Below are positions 19,112 to 27,973 of a stretch of DNA of 64,000 bases, one piece after another (the first letter of the stretch is position 1; every line of letters starts with the position of its first letter). The stretch lies in the NCBI GenBank assembly GCA_963693055.1, contig OY843751.1:768001-832000 (forward strand), read 5' to 3'. The notes under the pieces were generated by a model that was not told where the DNA came from, made no database searches, and was given only the letters and a program-made list of their open reading frames with translations. Source of the DNA: a bacterium (GTDB taxonomy: Bacteria; Zhuqueibacterota; Zhuqueibacteria; Residuimicrobiales; Krinioviventaceae). The position numbers and the translations under genes were made by a program.

Positions 19112-19225
19112 TTATTGCCTCAATCCCAGCGGTGCATTATCATCAATATCAAAATCAACAACATCAAAGCAGACTGGTGCCCATGCATTGATAATAATGT
19201 TGAGATATGTTGTTGTTGTTTTCAT
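19112..19225 (-). CDS. Leader peptide 1 (37 aa, Thr/Ile then Asp-rich): MKTTTTYLNIIINAWAPVCFDVVDFDIDDNAPLGLRQ
   Basis: Translated by hand; last codons contain TGGGATTGAGGC, complementary to the T1 5' arm GCCTCGTTCCCA; AAGGA lies 15 nt upstream (long spacing). Confidence 0.72.
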   Translation of the reverse strand: MKTTTTYLNIIINAWAPVCFDVVDFDIDDNAPLGLRQ

Positions 19226-19265
19226 ATTGATTGTTTTATTTCCTTAAAAATTTTAATGAGCAATA

Positions 19266-19293
19266 AATATAGCAAATTTTTAGATTAATGCAA
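19266..19293 (-). promoter_or_regulatory. Sigma70-type promoter of the leader module
   Basis: TTGCAT-N16-TATATT with TGn extended -10 on the minus strand. Confidence 0.6.
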
Positions 19294-19305
19294 CATTTTT
19301 TTGTA

Positions 19306-22128
19306 TTATTTTAATAAAACCATCCTCTGAATAGATGTGTATGGATCTGCTTTTAGTTTTAACCAATAAATACCGGAACTGACGGGTAAATTTGATTGAT
19401 TGGTCCCGTTCCAGAAAAGTTGATGACTTCCCAAAGACATATTCCTGTTAATTAATTCTTTAACAACTCTGCCATAAACATCATAAATTGTTAGTTTTAC
19501 TTTTGCAGGTTTTGGCAGGTCAAAGCGGATGCTGGTTCCTGCATTAAATGGATTGGGGAAATTGGGATAGAGTTGAAATTCAATCGGCAGTTTTTCATTG
19601 TTATCATCAATTCCTGTGCCTTTTTGAATAGAGAAATTAAAGGCTTGCTCGCATTCAGTTAAATGATCGTCCAGGTCAATTGCGGTAACGCTCCACTGGT
19701 AGCTGTCACCTGCTAAAAGATTTGTGTTGATCTGAAAGGAATTGCCTACAACATATTGGTCAATAATTATCGTTTCAATTCCTGTCATTTGTTTTACAAC
19801 AAGATGATAAGTAATGTTATCACCGAGATCATTATCGTCCGCCTTTTCCCATCTTAATTCCGGAGTTAATGTGGAAAGTGTACTTTGGTCTTCCGGAGTC
19901 ATGAGCCGAAATCCATCAGGGGCCTTATTGTCAATAAACATTGCACCCAGATCCCAATTGCCGAATGTCTGGCGGTCGCGACCATAATAATCTGTTAAGA
20001 ACCAGTCAAGTGCCGGTCCATTTTGGCGGGCAGGAGAAAGTGTCAGCAGGTAAACATCTGATACCATGTTGGGCATATTGTTACCATACACAAGTAAAGG
20101 ATCACCATCGAGTGAACCTAAAGTATTAATGGTGTTATTTTTATTTCTCCAGTATTCCTGGAACAGTTCTATGGTTGAGAAATTTCGTTCATAGGTAGGC
20201 AGTTCTTCATCGCGGTAATGAATAATTGCATTATTAACCGATAATGGGCCCGTACCATATAAATTATGGTGCATAATATGCGAGTGTCCGGCAACATCTG
20301 CAATGCTGAGCTGGAATTCGGCATTGTTGTAAATAATATTGCCAATAATCGTTTCAGCTTCAATCTGCCGTGACCCGGATATTGTGGTTACTAAAGCCAG
20401 TCCTGCTTTGTAACCTGCATGCTCGCTTATTCCATTTGCCACAATGGTATTGTAAAGAACTTGGCAATATTTACTGGCAGTTATAGCGATACCTGCTCCT
20501 TCATTTCCGAAACAGATATTATTATAAATCCAGGTGCTGTCTGCGCCCTGATCTGCAATAATGCCATTGCCGTCGCTCCACCAGTCGGCACCCACAGTGC
20601 CGGCAGTACCCTGGTTATTATTGCTGCTAACATTACGTTTGACAATATTTCCTATACTTGTTCCATGAATGTTAATTCCGCTGCAACCGCCATGCATCCA
20701 GCCATTGTTCCAGACCGAGTTATGTTCAACAATATTGTGTGAGCCATTGACACTGATACCCCATGCGCCATTGTTCAGGCTTTGATTATGAGAAACACTG
20801 CCATTATTTGAATTGGATAACGATAATCCCGAGGCACCGCAATCCTGGACCACATTGTTTTCAATAACAATACCGGAAAGGGGAGAATCTTCCGAATATA
20901 CATAAATACCATGACCGGCCCGACCACCGTCTTTGGGATATTTGATCCATGAACTGTCGTATTCGGTTTTATCGATAGTAGCGGGGTAGCTGATTTTACT
21001 GATAGTATTTTCATTAATTGTTATATCGTTTGTGTTTTGAACATGTATTGCAGAAAAACTGTTCACAATTTCAAAGCCCGAGTTATCGGGATCTCCGGAG
21101 ATATTATTCAAGATGATCTGGTTTCCTGGACCGGCATTGGTAACCGCAATATGTGAAGAATGTTGTTCCACAGGAGAGCCATTCTCCCAAAATGTGCATG
21201 ACTGAACAAGATTATCTGTCGAATTACTGCCAATAATGGAAAGGGCAGATTCTCCCATATTGTTGGAAAAGTTGCATATGTTGACTCTTGTTGTATTTGC
21301 ATGACTTAGCAGGCAGCAAATCCCTGAATTGTTGTTAAAGCGATTGTCAAAAACACTATTTTCAATGGGGATAGAGTTTGACTCTTTGAACTCATCCGGC
21401 TCTATTCCAATAGATAATGCAATGCCTGAAAGATTGGAAAATTCATTATAGGAGATATCGGTAAATGAGGTGTGGGAACACCATACACCGCGCTCGGTTA
21501 TGGTATCTGATTGTGTAAATGTATTTTTCAGAATGCGGTTATAATCTCCCGCAGAATCAAGGTATATATGTGCATCCCATACTCTTTCTACATTTCCTGT
21601 ATTGGTAAAGGTACATTCAGAGATTTCATTGTATGATGATGTATTAAAAACATGGATTGCGGCAGAACCCTGGTTATTTGTAAATGAACAATTGCTGATT
21701 TTATTGTAATGTGAATTGTCGAGCAAGATGGGTTTACGATTTTTCAAACAGTTTGCGAATATAAAATTTTGAATATGTATAAATGAGGCGTCTGTCAAAT
21801 CAAGTGCATACGTACCGTCCCATGAATCAGCTGTCAGCGTTGGGATTTCGTTTTCGTAAGCCATGATCACAATGGGATTCAGAGCGGTACCAGATGCATT
21901 AACCTCTATTTTTTCAGAATAGGTACCGTAACGAACAAAAAGTGTATCACCCTGAACAAGGTAGGGTACTGCATGAGATATTGTTTTGAACGGACCGTGA
22001 TTATCGGTTACAATCGGTGCAAGGCCATCAAATGCATCGTTACCGCCGCTTTGAGCGACATACCAGGTTTCGGAATAGAGTGTGGCTGTTGAGAATAGTA
22101 GTATAATGAGCAAGAATCGTTTAATCAT
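19306..22128 (-). CDS. Secreted right-handed beta-helix (pectin lyase-like) protein with FN3-like and T9SS/FlgD-Ig C-terminal domain
   Basis: Signal peptide MIKRFLL, WYVA..G.D..DG...PFKTI, Asn-ladder repeats, YPNFPNPFN...GIYWLKL C-terminus. Confidence 0.85.
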   Translation of the reverse strand: MIKRFLLIILLFSTATLYSETWYVAQSGGNDAFDGLAPIVTDNHGPFKTISHAVPYLVQGDTLFVRYGTYSEKIEVNASGTALNPIVIMAYENEIPTLTADSWDGTYALDLTDASFIHIQNFIFANCLKNRKPILLDNSHYNKISNCSFTNNQGSAAIHVFNTSSYNEISECTFTNTGNVERVWDAHIYLDSAGDYNRILKNTFTQSDTITERGVWCSHTSFTDISYNEFSNLSGIALSIGIEPDEFKESNSIPIENSVFDNRFNNNSGICCLLSHANTTRVNICNFSNNMGESALSIIGSNSTDNLVQSCTFWENGSPVEQHSSHIAVTNAGPGNQIILNNISGDPDNSGFEIVNSFSAIHVQNTNDITINENTISKISYPATIDKTEYDSSWIKYPKDGGRAGHGIYVYSEDSPLSGIVIENNVVQDCGASGLSLSNSNNGSVSHNQSLNNGAWGISVNGSHNIVEHNSVWNNGWMHGGCSGINIHGTSIGNIVKRNVSSNNNQGTAGTVGADWWSDGNGIIADQGADSTWIYNNICFGNEGAGIAITASKYCQVLYNTIVANGISEHAGYKAGLALVTTISGSRQIEAETIIGNIIYNNAEFQLSIADVAGHSHIMHHNLYGTGPLSVNNAIIHYRDEELPTYERNFSTIELFQEYWRNKNNTINTLGSLDGDPLLVYGNNMPNMVSDVYLLTLSPARQNGPALDWFLTDYYGRDRQTFGNWDLGAMFIDNKAPDGFRLMTPEDQSTLSTLTPELRWEKADDNDLGDNITYHLVVKQMTGIETIIIDQYVVGNSFQINTNLLAGDSYQWSVTAIDLDDHLTECEQAFNFSIQKGTGIDDNNEKLPIEFQLYPNFPNPFNAGTSIRFDLPKPAKVKLTIYDVYGRVVKELINRNMSLGSHQLFWNGTNQSNLPVSSGIYWLKLKADPYTSIQRMVLLK

Positions 22129-22197
22129 GGTTCCTTTCCGGTATTGGTAAATGCTGATAGTATACAAATTGTGTGCCAAATTCCAAATGAAAAAGCG

Positions 22198-22253
22198 TTG
22201 TGAAATTGAAACATTTTCATTATACTGACGTATAGTTGCTGACTGTTAGTCAG
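22198..22253 (+). promoter_or_regulatory. Promoter and palindromic TetR operator candidate
   Basis: TTGTGA-N17-TATACT, then palindrome CTGAC-TGTTA-GTCAG (22239-22253) upstream of tetR. Confidence 0.55.
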
Positions 22254-22288
22254 TTGTTGTGTGATCGTTTAATTGATTTGAGGTATTC

Positions 22289-22945
22289 ATGGGAGTGCAA
22301 GAACGCAGAGAACGTGAAAAAGAACAGCGTAAAAATGATATTCTGGATGCCGCTGAACAGGTTTTCTTTGAAAAAGGTTTATCCTTGTCTACAATGGATG
22401 ATGTTGCAGATGCGGCTGAATTGAGTAAAGGAACATTGTATCTGTATTTCAAAAGCAAGCAGGAGCTATATCTGGGAATCCATCAACGTGGATTTGTAAA
22501 AATGCATGAAATGTTTGCAGCCGCCGCGGCATTGCATAATCTGGGCGTAGACAAGATCCGGGCTATTGGTCACGCGTATTACGAGTTTGCCAAACAATAT
22601 CCGGATTATTACAAAGCGATTATGTATTTTGAAGGTTCTGTGCTGGATTTTACTTCTGACAGCGAAATGATAGAGATTTACCACCAGGATGGCCATCAAG
22701 TCATGGAGTTTGTGCAAAAGGTTTTACATAAAGGTATAGATGACGGTTCAATTGTAACAGATTTTCAAGTAGATAGACTGGCCTTTATATTGTGGGGACA
22801 AATTTCAGGTGTTATACAAATTATTTCCAAAATATCACAACATCCGGAAAAATCAATAAAATTTAATCCATACGAGTTGTTTGATGACTATATGCAGCTT
22901 ATGGGTAAATTGCTCGTTAATCCTGACAAGGAGGATAAATCTTGA
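22289..22945 (+). CDS. TetR/AcrR-family regulator
   Basis: ILDAAEQVFFEKG...TMDDVADAAELSKGTLYLYFKSK HTH. Confidence 0.95.
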   Translation: MGVQERREREKEQRKNDILDAAEQVFFEKGLSLSTMDDVADAAELSKGTLYLYFKSKQELYLGIHQRGFVKMHEMFAAAAALHNLGVDKIRAIGHAYYEFAKQYPDYYKAIMYFEGSVLDFTSDSEMIEIYHQDGHQVMEFVQKVLHKGIDDGSIVTDFQVDRLAFILWGQISGVIQIISKISQHPEKSIKFNPYELFDDYMQLMGKLLVNPDKEDKS

Positions 22946-24006
22946 GAATGCGATTTGTTTTTTTACATATACTCGTCTTGATGATAATATTGGTTTTTAT
23001 GTCAAGCTGCAACCGGCAGCAGGAAATTATCAAAGAGGATTTAACGGTACCGGTAAAAGCAACAGAGATAGAAATGCAAGATGTGCAGGAGGCATTGCAT
23101 GCGTCTGGCACATTACAGTCAGGACAAATCAGCAAGCTATCTTTCAAGATAGGTGGTATTATAAAGAAGATTTATATAGATGAAGCAGACGCAGTAAAGA
23201 CAGGGCAGATCCTGGCAGAACTGTATCCTGACGAGATTGATGCGCAATTGAAAAGCGCGCAGACCCAATTTGATAAAGCCAAACGTGATTTTGAACGGGC
23301 CAAAAATCTGATCAAAGACAATGCAATATCTGTTCAACAACGTCAGGATGCGGAATCGGCTTTTGATGCAGCAAAAGCAACTTTGCAGATTGCCGAATTT
23401 AATTCGAAACATGCCAGAATAATTGCCCCTTCTTCCGGTAAGGTATTGAAAATTATTGCGGAAGAAAATGAGATGACTGGTGCGGGAACTCCGGTGTTGG
23501 TATTTGCATCTACCGGCAGTGCCTGGTTGGTTAAAATTAATATGCCGGATAAAGATTTGGTCAAGCTTTCGATTGGGGATCCCGCGGATATTCAATTTGA
23601 TGCATTTCCCGGAAAGATTTTTAGAGCACATATCAGTGAAATATCAGAATCTGCAGATAGTATGACAGGTTTGTACGCGGTTGAATTACAGCTGGATGAC
23701 AAATTGGAGCGAAATATCAATGGGCTTGTTGCTTCAGTAGACATTAAACCGCAGAAAAAGACACACTGTTTCCTTTTGCCAACCCGTGCTTTAGTCAGTG
23801 CGGTTGGTCAGTCTGGGTATGTTTACAAATTAGATGGATCCAATAACGCTGTCAAAGTATCCATAAATATATTGGGGTTTTACAATGATCAGTTGATGGT
23901 TACCGGAGATTTATCGGATGGGGACAAGATCATCACAACCGGTGCCGCATACCTAAAGGAAGACAGCAAAATATTGGTTACTTCCAATGCGGAGGTTGGT
24001 AAATGA
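22942..24006 (+). CDS. RND efflux periplasmic adaptor (MFP), lipoprotein-like
   Basis: Lipobox-like MSSC, LSFKIGGII, VKTGQILAEL, coiled hairpin, IIAPSSGKV. Confidence 0.92.
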   Translation: MRMRFVFLHILVLMIILVFMSSCNRQQEIIKEDLTVPVKATEIEMQDVQEALHASGTLQSGQISKLSFKIGGIIKKIYIDEADAVKTGQILAELYPDEIDAQLKSAQTQFDKAKRDFERAKNLIKDNAISVQQRQDAESAFDAAKATLQIAEFNSKHARIIAPSSGKVLKIIAEENEMTGAGTPVLVFASTGSAWLVKINMPDKDLVKLSIGDPADIQFDAFPGKIFRAHISEISESADSMTGLYAVELQLDDKLERNINGLVASVDIKPQKKTHCFLLPTRALVSAVGQSGYVYKLDGSNNAVKVSINILGFYNDQLMVTGDLSDGDKIITTGAAYLKEDSKILVTSNAEVGK

Positions 24007-27000
24007 ACATTTCCCGGTTTTCCATAGAGAACCATCATTTTACACTCATGGTGGTTTTGTTACTGATGCTGTATGGTATATTTGCGGTTGTTGATATGCC
24101 AAAATCCGAGAATCCTGCAATTGAACCTCCGGGTGCATCCATCATCGCACTTTATCCCGGTGCAACACCCCGGGATATGGAAGAACAAGTGACTTCTATA
24201 ATTGAAGAAGAGGTGAATAGCATATCAGATGTTGCAGAAATATATTCCATTAGCGGTAACAGCTATTGCAACATTACGGTCGAATTTGATTTTGGTGTGG
24301 ATATCGATGAAAAGTATTCGCTGCTAGTAGAAAAGGTTAATCGGGCTAAGAGTGATTTGCCGGATGATATCAGCAGCCTGGATGTAGTTAAATGGGATAT
24401 TAATGCGGTTAATATTTTAGAGTTGGCTGTGGTATCGGAAACTGCAGAATTTGTGGATATGGAGACCGAACTCGAAAAGTTAAAAGATGTTATTGAAAAA
24501 ATTGATGGAATTCGTGGAGCAGAGATTGTCGCATACCCTGAACAGCAGGTACGTGTTTCTTTGAATCTGGAAAAGATGGCACAAATGCATATACCTGTTG
24601 ATCGGGTGATAGGCGTAATTCAATCGGCAAATGCCAATATACCTGGCGGAAAGATAGATATTGGCGGTAAGAATTTTAATATCAATACAAGCGGATCTTA
24701 TGAAACATTGGATGATATCCGGAATACTACCCTTCCCATGGGAAACGGATCGATTATTTATTTAAAAGATATTGCAACAGTACAATATGATTATCAAGAT
24801 CTGGAGCACTATGCCCGGTTTAACGGAAAACGAGCTGTTTTACTTGCGGCCAATCAGAAAAATGGTACCAATCTATTTCAAATTATTGATGAAATTAAAG
24901 CGGCTGTTGCTGATTTTAATAAAGATCTGCCGGACAATATGCATGTTGACTTTGTTTATAATCAGGCTGAAAGTGTGGGGGATTTTGTTGTAGAGTTTTT
25001 GATCAACCTGCTTGAAGGGATTTTACTGGTAGGTATTGTGGCCTGGCTGGGGATTGGAACACGTCCTGCTTTGTTGGTAATCTTTACAATACCTGCATCC
25101 ATTGCCATTGCGTTGGGATTTTTAAAGCTGAGCGATTATGGTATACAGCAGATGACTATTGCCGGTTTGGTTATTGTATTGGGTATTCTTGTAGATAATG
25201 CTATTGTTGTTACAGAAAATGTCAACCGCTTTTTACGTATGGGCAAAGACCTGAAAGAAGCATCAGTGCGAGGAGCAACGCAGATTTCCGGTTCAATAAC
25301 CAGTGGTACCATAACAACCTGCCTGGCATTCATGCCCATCTTGTTGATGAATGATGTAGCCGGTCAATACGTGCGCAGTATGCCGCTAACGGTGATCTTT
25401 ACTTTGCTGGCGTCTCTGTTTCTTGCCCTCACTTTTACTCCCTATTTGACCAGTCGGTATCTGTCTGCCAAATCAGCCTCAAATACTAGTTTGATGCAAA
25501 AAACATTGCAGAATTTTATAGAAACCCACTACCGCAGGGTTTTGAAATTCGCATTGAAACGTCCCAAAACCGTGCTCTTGCTCAGTATTCTGATATTTTT
25601 AATCAGTGTAGGACTTGTGCCTTTTGTGGGGGTTAGCATGTTTCCCAAATCGAACAAGCCCATGTTTTATATCAATGTATCTACACCCGAGGGAACCAAC
25701 CTAAAGGTTACGGACCATGTTGTAACCCAGGTAGAAGATTTGCTTGAGGGAAAAGTGTTTGTTAGGCATTTTGTTGCCAATATTGGCGGTGATAATCCAC
25801 GTATATATTATAATGTCATTCCAAAGCAGAACCATGCCAATATTGGGCAGGTATTTGTTGAAGTGTATCCCGATTATTCGCGGCAGGTTGGCGAGATTGT
25901 GAGTGGAATGCGGGAAGAGTTGAAAGAAATTCCCGGTGCTAAATTTGAGGTCAAGCAGTTGGAACAAGGTTACCCCAATGACGCGCCTATTGCAATCAAG
26001 GTTGTTGGTAAAGATATGGATATAATTAAAGACTTGTCAGCCCAGGTGGAATCTGTATTTCGTAACACAGCGGGTGTAATAGAGATTGATGATCCCTTGG
26101 GTAATGAGAAAACAGATTTAAAAATAGATATCAATCGGGAAAAGTGCTCAATGCTTGGATTGACCCTGGCAGAGGTGGACAGAGCCATACGCATCGCATT
26201 GTCCGGTTATGATGTGTCTACATTCAGGAACCGGGATGGCGACCAGTTTGATATTGTTGTACGGTTACCCGTGCATGAATCTCCGAGGGTCTCTGATTTT
26301 GAACGCATCTATTTAACAACACCGGCGGGCTCGCAGGTCCCCTTGAAACAGGTGGCGGGCATTGGTTTTGAATCCAGTCCGCTAAATATTTATCGATATC
26401 AACTCGAGCGGAGCAATACCGTAACCGGTGATGCTGCTCCCGGTTATTCTGTGGACCAACTGACTGGCGAGATTATTGAGAAACTGGAGCAAATGGACTG
26501 GCCGGCCGGATATGGTTATCATGTCAGTGGTGAAAAAGAAAGCCAGGGCAAAGCGTTTGGCGGATTAGGTAATAATTTTATCATTGCAATTATCGGGATC
26601 TTTTCCGTGCTAGTGTTCCAGTTTCGTTCATTTCGCCAGCCGTTTATTATCTTTTCATCCATACCGTTGGCCATCATTGGATCCATACTCGCGCTATTGA
26701 TTACAGGCAATACTTTTTCTTTTACGGCCATGATTGGTTTAACGAGTCTGGCAGGTATAGTGATTAATAACGCAATCATATTGGTGGATTATGCCAATGA
26801 GTTGCGTAATGAAGGAAAAGATTTGGATACTGCAGTTAGTATTTCAGGAGAGACCCGGTTTACTCCCATAATATTAACTGTTGCGACTACTGTTGGGGGG
26901 TTGTTGCCATTGACCTTGTTTGGTGGATTGATGTGGGCGCCTATGGGATGGGCCATTATCGGTGGACTGATGACATCTACCTTTTTAACGCTTGTGGTTG

Positions 27001-27050
27001 TACCGGTTTTGTACAAGGTGTTTACGCCAGCTATACCTGTTATTGAATAA
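24003..27050 (+). CDS. RND efflux permease (AcrB/AcrD/AcrF family)
   Basis: 1015 aa, YPGATP, GILVDNAIVV, GIVINNAIILVD, RFTPIILT. Confidence 0.95.
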   Translation: MNISRFSIENHHFTLMVVLLLMLYGIFAVVDMPKSENPAIEPPGASIIALYPGATPRDMEEQVTSIIEEEVNSISDVAEIYSISGNSYCNITVEFDFGVDIDEKYSLLVEKVNRAKSDLPDDISSLDVVKWDINAVNILELAVVSETAEFVDMETELEKLKDVIEKIDGIRGAEIVAYPEQQVRVSLNLEKMAQMHIPVDRVIGVIQSANANIPGGKIDIGGKNFNINTSGSYETLDDIRNTTLPMGNGSIIYLKDIATVQYDYQDLEHYARFNGKRAVLLAANQKNGTNLFQIIDEIKAAVADFNKDLPDNMHVDFVYNQAESVGDFVVEFLINLLEGILLVGIVAWLGIGTRPALLVIFTIPASIAIALGFLKLSDYGIQQMTIAGLVIVLGILVDNAIVVTENVNRFLRMGKDLKEASVRGATQISGSITSGTITTCLAFMPILLMNDVAGQYVRSMPLTVIFTLLASLFLALTFTPYLTSRYLSAKSASNTSLMQKTLQNFIETHYRRVLKFALKRPKTVLLLSILIFLISVGLVPFVGVSMFPKSNKPMFYINVSTPEGTNLKVTDHVVTQVEDLLEGKVFVRHFVANIGGDNPRIYYNVIPKQNHANIGQVFVEVYPDYSRQVGEIVSGMREELKEIPGAKFEVKQLEQGYPNDAPIAIKVVGKDMDIIKDLSAQVESVFRNTAGVIEIDDPLGNEKTDLKIDINREKCSMLGLTLAEVDRAIRIALSGYDVSTFRNRDGDQFDIVVRLPVHESPRVSDFERIYLTTPAGSQVPLKQVAGIGFESSPLNIYRYQLERSNTVTGDAAPGYSVDQLTGEIIEKLEQMDWPAGYGYHVSGEKESQGKAFGGLGNNFIIAIIGIFSVLVFQFRSFRQPFIIFSSIPLAIIGSILALLITGNTFSFTAMIGLTSLAGIVINNAIILVDYANELRNEGKDLDTAVSISGETRFTPIILTVATTVGGLLPLTLFGGLMWAPMGWAIIGGLMTSTFLTLVVVPVLYKVFTPAIPVIE

Positions 27051-27051
27051 T

Positions 27052-27089
27052 AAAAAAAGCATGCGGTATTTAACTGCATGCTTTTTTTT
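27052..27089. terminator. Bidirectional intrinsic terminator
   Basis: A-run, GCATGC..GCATGC stem, T-run between convergent genes. Confidence 0.85.
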
Positions 27090-27123
27090 ATATAAATTCC
27101 AATTGTATTGAATTGTTCAAGCA

Positions 27124-27735
27124 TTACTTGATTTGTGCGGCCAGGTTTTTGATAAGGACAAATCGTGTTAGATAGTATTGGCAGACTACAAGCCCCACTG
27201 TACCAAAAATGATTGTAATAAGCACGGTTGTATTCGAGAGTTTAAAATCCAGTTGCAGCATGCTCCCCAATTCTTCTCCAATATTTTCATGCAAGAGTGC
27301 AATTACCGCAGTCATCACGCAAAACAAGAGTGTAACCAGGGCTGTAAAGGCTGAAATTTTAATAATCATAAACGCATATTTTTGTAAAGAAACCTTGTTA
27401 ACGCGCATACGTCTACTGTAATAGTAGCCTGCAAGCACACCCATTAACAGGTTAACAATGGGCAAGCCCATAAAAAAACCATAGATATTGATACTGTAAA
27501 ACATGTAAAATGCTACAAGCAGCCAGATGGGTAAAGTGTATATTTTTCGGATCAACTTTTTTAGTAACAGCAGATTGAGTATTATGCCCAATATAATGCC
27601 GGTTACCAGGTAATAGATTACAATGGATTCGTTACGATTGGTATAAAACCAGATCAGGAATGAACCCATAGCCAATACTAATGGAAAACTGCTTCCCATT
27701 ATAAAACCAAAAATAATTTTGTCGAACCGCTTCAT
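27124..27735 (-). CDS. Hypothetical polytopic membrane protein
   Basis: 203 aa, 5-6 hydrophobic segments. Confidence 0.75.
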   Translation of the reverse strand: MKRFDKIIFGFIMGSSFPLVLAMGSFLIWFYTNRNESIVIYYLVTGIILGIILNLLLLKKLIRKIYTLPIWLLVAFYMFYSINIYGFFMGLPIVNLLMGVLAGYYYSRRMRVNKVSLQKYAFMIIKISAFTALVTLLFCVMTAVIALLHENIGEELGSMLQLDFKLSNTTVLITIIFGTVGLVVCQYYLTRFVLIKNLAAQIK

Positions 27736-27749
27736 AATTTTACTGCTAA

Positions 27750-27916
27750 TTTAGATGTGATATTTTAATGCTTTATTCAAAGATCCATTTATCTGTGATT
27801 TTTAATAATCCTTGCTAAATAGATCTTTGGTGGTAACAACCCCGATTGTTATACGACAAAAGAAAACATCTAAACATCTGGGATTTTAATATAAAGATTC
27901 AACTAAACTATTGCAA
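27750..27916 (-). promoter_or_regulatory. Promoter plus structured 5' leader
   Basis: TTGCAA-N17-TATATT (27916-27888), followed by nested inverted repeats over 27750-27874. Confidence 0.5.
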
Positions 27917-27973
27917 TAAAAATTATTTGGGGTGAGGGGAGAGGCGATGCACTCCGGTTGGGGAATAATTTTT

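Noticed and set aside
19120-19188. Alternative-frame hydrophobic ORF MHGHQSALMLLILILMIMHRWD within leader 1 (type I toxin-like or Leu/Ile leader-like)
   Set aside because: No RBS, and the equivalent frame in unit 2 is broken by stops, whereas the Asp-rich frame is shared by both units; not fully excluded.
18868-19225. Leader ORFs as RiPP precursors
   Set aside because: No adjacent modifying enzyme, protease or exporter; the B12 radical SAM gene is over 4 kb away on the other strand, and antiterminator complementarity explains the ORFs better.
19052-19288. Plus-strand 78-aa ORF (MKKAPLLIG...) over the leader region
   Set aside because: It starts inside terminator T1 and is antisense to the leaders; G-U pairs, U-tracts, RBSs and promoter all point to the minus strand.
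27845-27860. UCGUAUAA suggesting a purine riboswitch
   Set aside because: AUAUGG loop, UUUCUACC junction and CCGUAAA loop are absent.
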